Shown one piece after another: positions 16,465-25,873 of a stretch of DNA of 42,678 bases. Below the pieces are notes generated by a model. It was not told the DNA's origin. It was given only the letters and a program-made list of their open reading frames with translations, and did no database searches. The position numbers and the translations under genes were made by a program. Each line of letters opens with the position of its first letter. Position 1 is the first letter of the stretch. This DNA is from Oscillospiraceae bacterium (GTDB taxonomy: Bacteria > Bacillota > Clostridia > Oscillospirales > Butyricicoccaceae), in NCBI GenBank assembly GCA_902797555.1, contig CADBTM010000030.1, positions 1 through 42,678 on the forward strand, read 5' to 3'.

Positions 16465-17565
16465 ATGGATCGCAGCAAAGCCATCGTCCGGGTCAGCCTG
16501 ACGGGCATCGCCGCAAATCTGGTTCTGGTGGCCTTCAAGGCATTTGTGGGGCTGGTCAGCGGCTCGATCGCCGTCATTCTGGACGCGGTAAACAATCTGA
16601 GCGACGCCCTGTCGTCGGTCATCACCATCGTGGGCACCCGTCTTGCCAACCGTCCCCCCGACAAAAAGCACCCCTACGGCCACGGGCGCATCGAGCACAT
16701 CACCTCGGTGATCATCGCCATCCTCGTTTTGCTGGCCGGCGTGGCATCCATGCGGGAGAGCGTGGAAAAGATCATCACCCCCACGGCCGCAAGCTATACG
16801 GTGGTCTCCCTCATCATCATCGCCGCCGCAGTGCTGGTCAAGATCTTCCTCGGCCGCTACGTCAAGGGGCAGGGGGAAAAGCTCCATTCCGAATCGCTGG
16901 TGGCCTCGGGCACCGACGCCATCGGCGACGCCGTGATCTCGGCCTCCACGCTGGTTGCCGCCGCTCTCAGCCTGCTGTTCCAGTGGAATCTGGAGGGCTG
17001 GTTCGGCGCGGTGATCTCCATTTTCATTCTCAAGGCCGGCGTAGAGATCCTGATGGAAAGCCTCAACGGCCTCATCGGTCAGCGTGTGGAGGGCGAGCTC
17101 ACCGTCAGCCTGCGGGAGATGATCTGCTCCTATCCTCAGGTGCACGGCGCCTATGACCTGATCCTCCACCGCTACGGCCCGGAAAAGACCATCGGCTCTG
17201 TCCATATCGAGGTGGATGAAAATATGACCGCCCGGGAGCTCCACCACCTCACCCGTTCCATCAGCGAAAAGGTCTATGCCGAATACGGCATCGTCCTCAC
17301 CGTGGGCATCTATGCCGCCAACGCGGAGGGCAGCCGTTCCTCCGAGATCCGGAGCAAGGCGCAGGCCATCGCTCTCGCCCATCCCGAGGTCAAGGAGATC
17401 CACGCCTTCTATGCCGACGAGGAGCAGAAGCGGGTCACCTTTGATCTGGTGATGAACTTCGGCATCGATGCCGCCGCCGTCTGCCAGGCGGTGCGGGACG
17501 AAATGTCCGCCGCCTATCCCGACTATCGGTTCGATATCGTCATCGACAGCGATTTCAGCGACTGA
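16465..17565 (+). CDS. Cation diffusion facilitator (CDF) metal efflux transporter
   Basis: SIAVILDAVNNLSDALSSVI, KKHPYGHGRIE and a C-terminal cytoplasmic domain. RBS AAGGAG. Confidence 0.85.
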   Translation: MDRSKAIVRVSLTGIAANLVLVAFKAFVGLVSGSIAVILDAVNNLSDALSSVITIVGTRLANRPPDKKHPYGHGRIEHITSVIIAILVLLAGVASMRESVEKIITPTAASYTVVSLIIIAAAVLVKIFLGRYVKGQGEKLHSESLVASGTDAIGDAVISASTLVAAALSLLFQWNLEGWFGAVISIFILKAGVEILMESLNGLIGQRVEGELTVSLREMICSYPQVHGAYDLILHRYGPEKTIGSVHIEVDENMTARELHHLTRSISEKVYAEYGIVLTVGIYAANAEGSRSSEIRSKAQAIALAHPEVKEIHAFYADEEQKRVTFDLVMNFGIDAAAVCQAVRDEMSAAYPDYRFDIVIDSDFSD

Positions 17566-17639
17566 GGCGGACGCCGCGTAAGAGATTCCGCACCCTGCGT
17601 CCTGCGGGGAGCCACCTCTCCAAAGGGAATGCCCCTTCG

Positions 17640-17673
17640 AAAGAAACGCCGCCCATCTGGGCGGCGTTTCTTA
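17640..17673. terminator. Bidirectional rho-independent terminator
   Basis: GAAACGCCGCCC (17643-17654) / GGGCGGCGTTTC (17659-17670), loop ATCT. Lies between convergent genes. Confidence 0.75.
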
Positions 17674-17683
17674 TTGGGAACGT

Positions 17684-19390
17684 TTATTTTTTCTTCACCT
17701 TATAGTGCACATGCAGCAGGCTGTGCGCCTTGCGGCCGATGTACTTGGCATAGATCTCGTCGATGGCGGGGTTGGATTCGGAGCGCTTGATCTGGGTCAT
17801 ATTGTCGGTGGTGTAGAGGTTCTTGGCGCGCTCGGCCTTTTCCCGGCTGCGGGCAAAGGGCTGACCTGCGCCGGCGATGCATCCTCTGGGACAGGCCATG
17901 ACCTCGATGAGGTGGTAGAAGGCCTCGCCGGACTGCACCTTGCGGATCAGCTTTTCGGCGTTGCCCAGACCGCTCACCACGGCGATCTTCAGCTCCTGAT
18001 CGCCCACCTGATAGGTGGTCTCCTTGACACCCTCCAGACCGCGGACGCCGGACATGGCGATCTGCTGCAGAGCGCTGTAGGTCTTGTCGGGCTCCACGTT
18101 GCGGAGGACGGCCTCGGTGACGCCGCCGGTGACGCCGAAGATGACGCCCGCGCCGGAGGTGCCGCCAAAGGGCATGGACGAGCTTTCGGGAGAGATGTTC
18201 TTAAAGTCGATGCCGGCCTCGTGGATCATCTGGATGAGCTCCTGGGTGGTGATGATGGCGTCGATGGTATCGGTGCCGTCGGGCCGCTTGAACTCGGGAC
18301 GGATGGCCTCGTATTTCTTTGCGGTGCAGGGCATGACGGCCACGCTGAAGATCCGCTTTCCGGCGGTCTTTTCATTGTGCTCGAAATACTCCTTGATCAC
18401 CGAGCCGAACATCTGCATGGGGCTGCGGCAGGTGGAAATGTTGGGCATGAGCTCGGGGTGCTTGTTTTCCGCATAGCGGATCCACGCCGGGCAGCAGGAG
18501 GTGAACATGGGGAAGGGGCCGTCGTCCTTGAGACGCTCCAAAAACTCGGCGGCCTCCTCGGTCACCGTCAGGTCGGCGCCGGTGGTGGTGTCGTACACAT
18601 GGTTGAAGCCCATGCGGCGCATGGCGGCAAAGATCTTGCCCGCGGCGATGACGCCGTTTTCCTCGCCCAGCTCCTTGGCGACGCCGGCACGGACGGCGGG
18701 GGCGATCTGCGCCACCACCACGGTGTTGGGATCATAGATGGCTTCCCAGGTGCGGGTGACGTTTTTCTGGACCACGATGGCGCCGGTGGGGCAGACGGCG
18801 GAGCATTGGCCGCAGCCGACGCACTGCGTGTTGGCGATGGGCACCTTGAAGGCGGTGCCCACCTCCATCTTGGAGCCGCGGCCCACAAAGCTGATGGCGC
18901 CTACGTTCTGCACCTCGTTGCACATACGGACACAGTCGCCGCACAGGATGCACTTGGAGTGGTCGATGGAGATACAGACGGAGGATTCGTCCCGTTCGGG
19001 CTCGGTCTTGCCGTTGGGGAAGCGGACGTCCTCGATATAAAAGCGGCGTGCCAGCTCTTTCAGGCGGCAGCTCTCGCTCTTTTCGCAGGTGGTGCAGTCA
19101 CGGCAGTGGTTGGCCAGCAGCAGCTCGAGGATGTTCTTGCGGTATTTGCGCAGACGGGCAGAGTTGGTGACCACGCTCATGCCCGCTTTGGGCGGAGTGG
19201 AGCAGGCGGCATGCATATTGCCCCGGTCGTCCTCCACCATGCACATGCGGCAGGCGCCGTACACCGACAGCTCGGAATAATAGCAGAAGGTGGGCATGTC
19301 GATGCCGGCCTTTTGCACCAGAGCCAGAATGTTTTTCTCGCCCTCGATGGGGACGGGGATCTTGTCGATGAGCATATATTCTTTCATCAT
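17684..19390 (-). CDS. hydA: [FeFe]-hydrogenase catalytic subunit HydA (HndD-like): N-terminal 2Fe-2S/4Fe-4S domains plus H-cluster domain
   Basis: Start MMKEYMLIDK follows AAGGAGGG. The track ORF start at 19546 lies inside hydB. Motifs: CYYSELSVYGACRMC, CILCGDCVRMC, CVGCGQCSAVCPTGA and the H-cluster blocks FTSCCPAW, MPCTAKK, EVMACPRGC. Confidence 0.9.
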   Translation of the reverse strand: MMKEYMLIDKIPVPIEGEKNILALVQKAGIDMPTFCYYSELSVYGACRMCMVEDDRGNMHAACSTPPKAGMSVVTNSARLRKYRKNILELLLANHCRDCTTCEKSESCRLKELARRFYIEDVRFPNGKTEPERDESSVCISIDHSKCILCGDCVRMCNEVQNVGAISFVGRGSKMEVGTAFKVPIANTQCVGCGQCSAVCPTGAIVVQKNVTRTWEAIYDPNTVVVAQIAPAVRAGVAKELGEENGVIAAGKIFAAMRRMGFNHVYDTTTGADLTVTEEAAEFLERLKDDGPFPMFTSCCPAWIRYAENKHPELMPNISTCRSPMQMFGSVIKEYFEHNEKTAGKRIFSVAVMPCTAKKYEAIRPEFKRPDGTDTIDAIITTQELIQMIHEAGIDFKNISPESSSMPFGGTSGAGVIFGVTGGVTEAVLRNVEPDKTYSALQQIAMSGVRGLEGVKETTYQVGDQELKIAVVSGLGNAEKLIRKVQSGEAFYHLIEVMACPRGCIAGAGQPFARSREKAERAKNLYTTDNMTQIKRSESNPAIDEIYAKYIGRKAHSLLHVHYKVKKK

Positions 19391-19395
19391 AAGGA

Positions 19396-21276
19396 TCAGC
19401 CCTCCTTTACGGCGCCAAAGGCACAGTTGTCCTTGCACGCGCCGCACTTGATACACTTGCTGCCGTCGATGACAAAGGGCTTGCGCACCTCGCCGGAGAT
19501 GGCGTTCACCGGGCAGTTGCGGGCACACTTGGAGCAGCCGCGGCACTTTTCGGGATCGATGGTAAAGCGCTTGAGCTTCTGGCAGGCGCCGGCGGGACAG
19601 CGCTTCTCCCGGATGTGGGCTTCATATTCGTCCCGGAAATATTTGATGGTGCTGACCACCGGACCGGCGGCCGTTTTGCCCAGACCGCACAGAGCGGTGT
19701 TGGTGACGGTGTCGGCCAGCTCTTCCAGCAGCTCGATGTCGCCCTCACGGCCTTCGCCGTTGACGATGCGCTCCAGGATCTCCAGCATGCGCTTGGTGCC
19801 CTCGCGGCAGGGAACGCACTTGCCGCAGGATTCGTTCTGGGTAAAATGCATGAAGAACCGGGCGACCTCCACCATACAGGTGTCCTCGTCCATGACCACC
19901 AGTCCGCCCGAGCCGATGATGGCGCCCGCCTTTTTCAGCGAGTCAAAGTCCAGCGGCAGGTCGAGATGCTCTTTGGTCAGGCAGCCGCCGGAGGGGCCGC
20001 CGATCTGGACGGCCTTGAACTTTTTGCCGCCGCGGATGCCGCCGCCGATATCAAAGATGACCTCCCGCAGAGTGGTGCCCATGGGCACCTCGATGAGGCC
20101 GGTGTTCTGGATGTTGCCCGTCAGGGCAAAGGCCTTTGTGCCGGGGCTCTTTTCGGGGCCGATGCTCTTGTACCAGTCGGCGCCGTTGAGCAGGATGGGC
20201 GCCACGTTGGCAAAGGTCTCCACGTTGTTGAGCACGGTGGGCTTGTCAAACAGGCCGTGCTCTACCGTGCGGGGCGGCTTGACGCGAGGCATGCCCCGCT
20301 TGCCCTCGATGGAGGCGGTAAGGGCGCTGCCCTCGCCGCAGACGAAGGCGCCGGCGCCCCGGTTGATGTGCATGCGGAAGGAAAATCCGCTGCCCAGAAT
20401 GTTTTCGCCCAGCAGGCCCAGCTCCTCGGCCTGTGCGATGGCGGTGCGCAGACGGGCGACCGCCATGGGATATTCGGCGCGGACGTAGATATAGCCGTCG
20501 TTTGCGCCGCAGGCGATGCCCGCGATCATCATGCCCTCCAGCATGCGGTGGGGGTCACCCTCCATCACCGAGCGATCCATGAATGCGCCGGGGTCGCCCT
20601 CGTCGCCGTTGCATACGATGTATTTGGGGGTCGTCTTTTGCCGGGCCACCTGGCTCCACTTGGTGCCGGCGGCAAAGCCGCCGCCGCCGCGGCCGCGCAG
20701 GTTGGAATCGGAGATCTCCTTGACGATATCGGCGGGCTCCATGTCGAACAGAGCCTTTTCAAAGGCGCGATAGCCGCCGATGCCCAGGTATTCCAGAATG
20801 GAGTCGGCGTCGATGCGGCCGCAGTCCTCCAGCACCTTGCGGGTCTGCTTCTGATAGAAGGGGATGTCCTCCTGCTTTTCATAGATCACGCCGTTCTGCT
20901 TGTAGGCCAGACGCTCCACCGGCTTGCCCTCCTGGATGGAGGAAGCCACGATCTCGTCCACGTCCTCGACCTTGACCTTGGTGTACAGCCAGCCCTCGGG
21001 CTCGATGCGCACCAGCGGTCCCATCTCGCAAAAGCCGTGGCAGCCGCTCTTCTTCAGACCGACCACGTCCTCGTGGGGATCGGCGGCCAGCTCGACCTCG
21101 CAGGCGATGCCCTCCTTGGCCATCTTTTCCTTGAGGGCGGCATAGATGTTCAGCGAGCCGCCGGAGACGCAGCCCGTCCCGGCGCACACGAGGATCTTGC
21201 GCTTTTCCCGCTTTTCGGCGGCGATGCATTTTTTACGGAGAGCGATCAGCTCGTCCCGGGTGTTGATTCTGGTCAT
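19396..21276 (-). CDS. hydB: NADH-binding flavoprotein subunit HydB (NuoF/HndC-like) of the bifurcating hydrogenase
   Basis: N-terminal thioredoxin-like 2Fe-2S part, GRGGGGFAAGTKW (FMN/NADH site), ESCGKCVPCREG, and two C-terminal ferredoxin CxxCxxCxxxCP motifs. Confidence 0.9.
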   Translation of the reverse strand: MTRINTRDELIALRKKCIAAEKREKRKILVCAGTGCVSGGSLNIYAALKEKMAKEGIACEVELAADPHEDVVGLKKSGCHGFCEMGPLVRIEPEGWLYTKVKVEDVDEIVASSIQEGKPVERLAYKQNGVIYEKQEDIPFYQKQTRKVLEDCGRIDADSILEYLGIGGYRAFEKALFDMEPADIVKEISDSNLRGRGGGGFAAGTKWSQVARQKTTPKYIVCNGDEGDPGAFMDRSVMEGDPHRMLEGMMIAGIACGANDGYIYVRAEYPMAVARLRTAIAQAEELGLLGENILGSGFSFRMHINRGAGAFVCGEGSALTASIEGKRGMPRVKPPRTVEHGLFDKPTVLNNVETFANVAPILLNGADWYKSIGPEKSPGTKAFALTGNIQNTGLIEVPMGTTLREVIFDIGGGIRGGKKFKAVQIGGPSGGCLTKEHLDLPLDFDSLKKAGAIIGSGGLVVMDEDTCMVEVARFFMHFTQNESCGKCVPCREGTKRMLEILERIVNGEGREGDIELLEELADTVTNTALCGLGKTAAGPVVSTIKYFRDEYEAHIREKRCPAGACQKLKRFTIDPEKCRGCSKCARNCPVNAISGEVRKPFVIDGSKCIKCGACKDNCAFGAVKEG

Positions 21277-21752
21277 TATGCTTCCCTCCTGAGCTCCGCC
21301 AGCAGAGCGACGGCCTTTTCCGGCGTCATGGCGGCGTGTACTTCCCCGTTGACGGTCAGCGCGGGCGCCAGTCCGCAGGCGCCCAGACAGGAGACGGTCT
21401 CCACGGTAAACAGCTGGTCGTCGGTGGTCTTGCGGCCGTCGTCCAGCTTGAGCTCCTGACGCAGCTTGTTCAGGATGGGGACGGATTTGCGCACGTGGCA
21501 GGCCGTTCCGTCACACACCTTGATGACGTATTTTCCTTTGGCCTCCAGAGAGAAATTCTCATAGAAGGTGGCCACACCGTAGATCTGCGCCTCATTGAGG
21601 TTCATCTCCTTGGCCAGATAGGGAAAGACCTCCCTGGGGAGATAGGAATACTCCTCCTGAATGGCCTGCAGAACGGCGATGAGACTGCGCTCCTCCCGCC
21701 CAAAGCTGTCCAGCCAGCCATCGGTTTTTTGATAAAGCTCCTTGACGTTCAT
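21276..21752 (-). CDS. hydC: 2Fe-2S subunit HydC (NuoE/HndA-like)
   Basis: Start MNVKEL follows GAGGAGG. Motifs VCDGTACHV and SCLGACGLAP. The stop overlaps the hydB start (TAATG). Confidence 0.9.
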   Translation of the reverse strand: MNVKELYQKTDGWLDSFGREERSLIAVLQAIQEEYSYLPREVFPYLAKEMNLNEAQIYGVATFYENFSLEAKGKYVIKVCDGTACHVRKSVPILNKLRQELKLDDGRKTTDDQLFTVETVSCLGACGLAPALTVNGEVHAAMTPEKAVALLAELRREA

Positions 21753-21787
21753 AGGGTTCCTCCTCATTATTATGAAAAGTCAGTTTT

Positions 21788-21816
21788 ATTATAATTCTAC
21801 AGAGAAACTGCGTCAA
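21788..21816 (-). promoter_or_regulatory. Promoter of hydCBA
   Basis: On the minus strand: TTGACG (21816-21811), 17-nt spacer, TATAAT (21793-21788), about 35 nt upstream of the hydC ATG. Confidence 0.5.
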
Positions 21817-22099
21817 GACGGCGAAAGCGAGAAAAGAACAGGGTTCTCGATGCCTTTCTTGTGGATTATGTGCATCTAACAAGATTTTTTCCGGCAAGAT
21901 TGTGAAAAAGCCGCACTTTTTACCAATTTCCTTCCAAACGCCGGAGAAATCCTCGGGATTTTACAGAATTGCCGAAAATCTTCCGAACATCCAAGCTGCA
22001 AAAACTTTTTGCGCCTTATGGGGGAAAGCTCTTGCCCTGCGGGACGAGAAATGGTAATATATATAGATATGAAGATATCTCTGAGAGAGGTGACCGCAG

Positions 22100-22864
22100 T
22101 TGCATACCACGGTGCAGGGGCTGAATACCCGCTATATCGATCTGCCCGGCGAAGGCGAGCCCGTTTTGCTTTTGCAGGGGTGGGGCGCGAAGATCGAGCT
22201 GTACCAGCCGATCTTTGACCTGCTGCAGGAGCTGGGACACCGGGTGGTGGCCTTTGACTTTCCCGGCGTGGGCGAGACCGACGAGCCCCGGTCGCCCATG
22301 ACGCTGGAGGATTATGCCGCCTTCACGCTGGCCTTTTGCGAGACCATCGGCCTGCACGAGGCCGTCCTCTTCTGCCATTCTCACGGCGGACGGGTGGGCA
22401 TCTGTCTGATGGCCCGGCCGGACTGCCCCCTTACGGTGAAAAAAGCGGTGCTCATGGATGCCGCCGGTGTGCGCCTCCCCGCGCCCGCCGGACAAAAGCT
22501 CAGGCAAAGCGGCTACAAGCTGCTCAAGAGTCTGGGCACGGGCAAGCTGACCGCCCCGCTCTTCGGCGATCTGTATGAAGAAGCCCGGGACAAGCGCGCC
22601 AGCGCCGACTATAAGGCGGCCTCCCCCGTCATGCGCGCCACCATGAACAACGTTCTGGTGGATCTGCAGGACAAAATGCCCGCCGTGAAGGCCGAGGTGC
22701 TGCTGGTCTACGGCGAAAACGACACCGCCACCCCGGTGGAATACGGCCGCATCATGGAGCGCCTGATGCCCTCCGCCGGTCTGGCCGTCATCCGCGGCGC
22801 GGGACATTTCAGCTTTGCCGACAATTGGCCCCAGTTTTCCGCGGTGATCCGCGCCTTTCTCTGA
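22100..22864 (+). CDS. Alpha/beta-fold hydrolase
   Basis: TTG start 9 nt after GAGAGAGG. PVLLLQGWG, nucleophile elbow CHSHGG, C-terminal GAGHFSF. Confidence 0.7.
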   Translation: MHTTVQGLNTRYIDLPGEGEPVLLLQGWGAKIELYQPIFDLLQELGHRVVAFDFPGVGETDEPRSPMTLEDYAAFTLAFCETIGLHEAVLFCHSHGGRVGICLMARPDCPLTVKKAVLMDAAGVRLPAPAGQKLRQSGYKLLKSLGTGKLTAPLFGDLYEEARDKRASADYKAASPVMRATMNNVLVDLQDKMPAVKAEVLLVYGENDTATPVEYGRIMERLMPSAGLAVIRGAGHFSFADNWPQFSAVIRAFL

Positions 22865-22888
22865 TCATTCGTCCAAGGAGGATCTCCC

Positions 22889-24496
22889 ATGCCTTTGCCT
22901 CTGCTGCTGACCCTGATCCCCCTCACCGGGGTGTGCGCCTTTCTGGCGCTCCGTCAGGCCATGCATATGTTTCAGCTCAATTCCTATCAGGATTTTCCCT
23001 ACAAAAACTGGCTGAAGGGCCACAGATCGGTCTTTGTGAGCGCAAAGCGCCTTGTGCCCTGCGGACTCATGCTGGGCGGCAGCCTGATCGGCGGCTGGCC
23101 GATGGCGCTTTTGTGGGCGGCGGGAACGGGACTGTATGTTCTCGTCAACCGGCCCCAGCCCGCCAAAAAGCCGCTGGTCTATACCCCCCGGGTCAAGCGG
23201 ATGCTGATCTGCGCCGCCGTGATCTTTTGCCTGTGGGTGCTGCTGGCCGACTATGTGTTTGCCTGTCTGGTCTTCACCGGCTTTGCCAGAGGTCAGATGG
23301 GGCTCATCCGGTTGGGCTATTTCCTCCCGGCGCTCATGCTGGTGCTGTCCATCCTGCTGCAGCATCGGCTGATCATGGTGTATAACGATATGATGCAGCC
23401 GGTGGAAAAGCGCATCAACAAGGGCTTTGAAACCGACGCGCGCAATATCCTCGCCTCCATGCCCAACCTCAAAATCATCGGCATCACGGGCAGCTATGGC
23501 AAAACCAGCACAAAGTTCTTTTTGCAGCAGCTTTTGTCCACCCGCTATGACGTATATATGACCCCCGGCAACTACAACACCACCCTTGGCGTCATCCGCG
23601 CCGTCCGGGAGGGGCTGCGCCCCACCCACCAGATCTTTTTGTGCGAGATGGGCGCCCGGTACAAGGGGGACATCCGGGAGATCTGCGAGCTGGTGCACCC
23701 CGATCTGGGCGTGATCACCTCGGTGGGACCCCAGCATCTGGAGACCTTCGGCAATCTGGAGACCGTTCTTTCCACCAAGCTGGAGCTGGCCGACGCCGTA
23801 AAGGGCAAGGGCCCGGTCTTCCTCAATCTGGACAGCGCCCCGCTGGCGGCGGGCGAGCCCGATCAGGAAAGAATCACCTACGGGCAAAACGGCCGGGACT
23901 ATCGCCTGAGCGACCTGTATGTGGATGAGACCGGCTCCCGCTTTACCGTCACCGCCCCCGACGGGGAGAGCCAGAGCTTTTCCACCCGTCTTCTTGGCAC
24001 GGCCAACGTGCAGAATATCTGCGGCGCCATCGCCGTTTCCCACCATCTGGGCATCCCGCTGCGGGCGCTTGTTCCCGCCGTGCGCCAGCTGGAGGGCGCG
24101 CCCCATCGGCTGCAGCTGCTGCGCCGCCCGGATATGACCATCATCGACGACGCTTACAATTCCAACCCCGTGGGGGCGAAAAACGCGCTGGAGACGCTGG
24201 CCATGTGCCGGGGCGTCCGCATCGCCGTCACCCCCGGTCTGGTAGAGCTGGGCGACAAGGAGCTGGAATACAACGAGACCCTCGGACGTCAGGCGGCAGG
24301 CTGCTGCGACGTGCTTATCACCGTGGGCAGGCAGGAGCGCACCGCCGCCATCCGCCGGGGCGCTCAGGAGGCCGGTCTGGAGCCCGCCCATATCGTGCAG
24401 GCCGACACCGTCCAGCAGGCGGTGGATCAGGCGCGAGCCCTGCCCGGCAGTCCCAAAATGGTGCTGCTGCTCAACGATCTGACCGACAACTATTGA
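22889..24496 (+). CDS. murF: MurF-family Mur ligase (UDP-MurNAc-tripeptide--D-Ala-D-Ala ligase-like) with a ~185-aa polytopic membrane N-terminal domain
   Basis: RBS AAGGAGG. 4-5 hydrophobic helices in aa 1-185, then P-loop GITGSYGKTSTK, GNYNTTLGV and DDAYNSNP (MurF-like blocks). Confidence 0.7.
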   Translation: MPLPLLLTLIPLTGVCAFLALRQAMHMFQLNSYQDFPYKNWLKGHRSVFVSAKRLVPCGLMLGGSLIGGWPMALLWAAGTGLYVLVNRPQPAKKPLVYTPRVKRMLICAAVIFCLWVLLADYVFACLVFTGFARGQMGLIRLGYFLPALMLVLSILLQHRLIMVYNDMMQPVEKRINKGFETDARNILASMPNLKIIGITGSYGKTSTKFFLQQLLSTRYDVYMTPGNYNTTLGVIRAVREGLRPTHQIFLCEMGARYKGDIREICELVHPDLGVITSVGPQHLETFGNLETVLSTKLELADAVKGKGPVFLNLDSAPLAAGEPDQERITYGQNGRDYRLSDLYVDETGSRFTVTAPDGESQSFSTRLLGTANVQNICGAIAVSHHLGIPLRALVPAVRQLEGAPHRLQLLRRPDMTIIDDAYNSNPVGAKNALETLAMCRGVRIAVTPGLVELGDKELEYNETLGRQAAGCCDVLITVGRQERTAAIRRGAQEAGLEPAHIVQADTVQQAVDQARALPGSPKMVLLLNDLTDNY

Positions 24497-24523
24497 CGAA
24501 AAGCATCTTTCAGGAGGAACGCT

Positions 24524-25738
24524 ATGATTTCCCGTATTCGCACCGGCGTATTTTTCGGCGGCCCCAGCGTGGAGCACGAGGTTTCGGTGATCTCGGCCAT
24601 GCAGGCCATCGCCGCGCTGGATGAGACCCGCTATGAGGTGATCCCCGTCTATGTGAGCAAGGACGGGAGCTTTTACACCGGCGACCATTTGAAAACGCTG
24701 GACGCCTTCCGGGATATTCCCGCCGCCGTCGCCGCCGCCCAAAGGGTGGTGCTGCAAAAGGAGGGCAAGGACGTCCAGCTGGTGCTGGCAAAGCAAAAAA
24801 AGTTCGGCTCCAGCGTGGTGGCCGTTCTCGACGTGGCGCTGCCCGTGTTTCACGGCACCGGCGGCGAGGACGGGGTGATGCAGGCCCATTTCCAGCGTCT
24901 TGGCCTGCCCTACGCCGGGCCCGACGTCACCTCCAGCGCCATCGGTATGGACAAATGGGCGTCCAAGGCGCTTTTCCGCATGAGCGGCATCCCCTGCGTC
25001 CCCGCTCTGCGCCTGCGCAAGAGCGAGTATTACGCCGATCCCGAGGCCGCCTGCGCCCGCATCGAGGGGGAGATCGGCTATCCCGCCGTCGTCAAGCCCT
25101 ACAATCTGGGCAGCAGCGTGGGCATCCACAAATGCCGCGACCGCTTTTCCCTGCAGGAGGGGCTGGAGGACGCCTTTTTGTACAGCGGCGCCGTCCTTGC
25201 CGAGCGCGCCGTGCCCCATCTCCGGGAGATCAACTGCGCCGTGCTGGGCGACGGGGAAAGCGCCCGCGCCAGCGTGTGCGAGGAGCCCCTCAACGCCACC
25301 GACATCCTCACCTATGCCGACAAGTACCAGTCGGGCGGCAAATCCGCCAAGGGCGCAAAAACGGCTTCCGGCGGCAGCAAGGGCATGCAGAGCCTTGCCC
25401 GTCAGGTGCCCGCCCCCATCTCGCCCGAACAGACCGCCCGGGTGCAGGAGCTGGCCGTGGCCGCCTTCCACGCCATCGACGCCTGCGGCTGCGCCAGAGT
25501 GGACTTTTTGATGGACGGCGAGAGCGGCGAGCTGTTTGTCAACGAGATCAACACCATTCCCGGCTCGCTGGCCTTCTATCTTTGGGAGGCCACCGGCCTC
25601 AGCTTTTCCAAGCTGCTGGACGAGATGATCGCTCTCGCCCTCAAGCGCAGCCGGGAACAGTCCATGCTCCACACCACCTTTGAAACCAACCTGCTCCAGA
25701 CCGCCTCGCTGGGCGGCGCAAAGGGAAGCAAAGCCTGA
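24524..25738 (+). CDS. ddl: D-alanine--D-alanine ligase (long form with a Gly/Lys/Ser-rich insertion near the omega loop)
   Basis: RBS AGGAGG. FGGPSVEHEVSVISA, HGTGGEDGVMQ, ATP-grasp core, EINTIPG. Confidence 0.9.
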   Translation: MISRIRTGVFFGGPSVEHEVSVISAMQAIAALDETRYEVIPVYVSKDGSFYTGDHLKTLDAFRDIPAAVAAAQRVVLQKEGKDVQLVLAKQKKFGSSVVAVLDVALPVFHGTGGEDGVMQAHFQRLGLPYAGPDVTSSAIGMDKWASKALFRMSGIPCVPALRLRKSEYYADPEAACARIEGEIGYPAVVKPYNLGSSVGIHKCRDRFSLQEGLEDAFLYSGAVLAERAVPHLREINCAVLGDGESARASVCEEPLNATDILTYADKYQSGGKSAKGAKTASGGSKGMQSLARQVPAPISPEQTARVQELAVAAFHAIDACGCARVDFLMDGESGELFVNEINTIPGSLAFYLWEATGLSFSKLLDEMIALALKRSREQSMLHTTFETNLLQTASLGGAKGSKA

Positions 25739-25767
25739 GAGCGGTCACCAAAGGTGACTGAGGGGTT

Positions 25768-25844
25768 GAATCGTCCCCCACGCCGGGACGGCGTGGATCG
25801 TCCCCGCCGTCCGCAGACGGCGGAATCCCCTGCCCGCGCGGGCA
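25768..25844 (+). repeat. Three tandem ~27-nt units, each consisting of GA(A)TC(GT)CCCC plus a GC-rich hairpin
   Basis: Hairpins CCACGCC/GGCGTGG (25778-25796), CCGCCGTC/GACGGCGG (25804-25823) and TGCCCG/CGGGCA (25831-25844). Leaders gaatcgtcccc, gatcgtcccc, gaatcccc. Confidence 0.5.
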
Positions 25845-25873
25845 AAAATCTTCCACAGGGGAGGAAATCGCCC

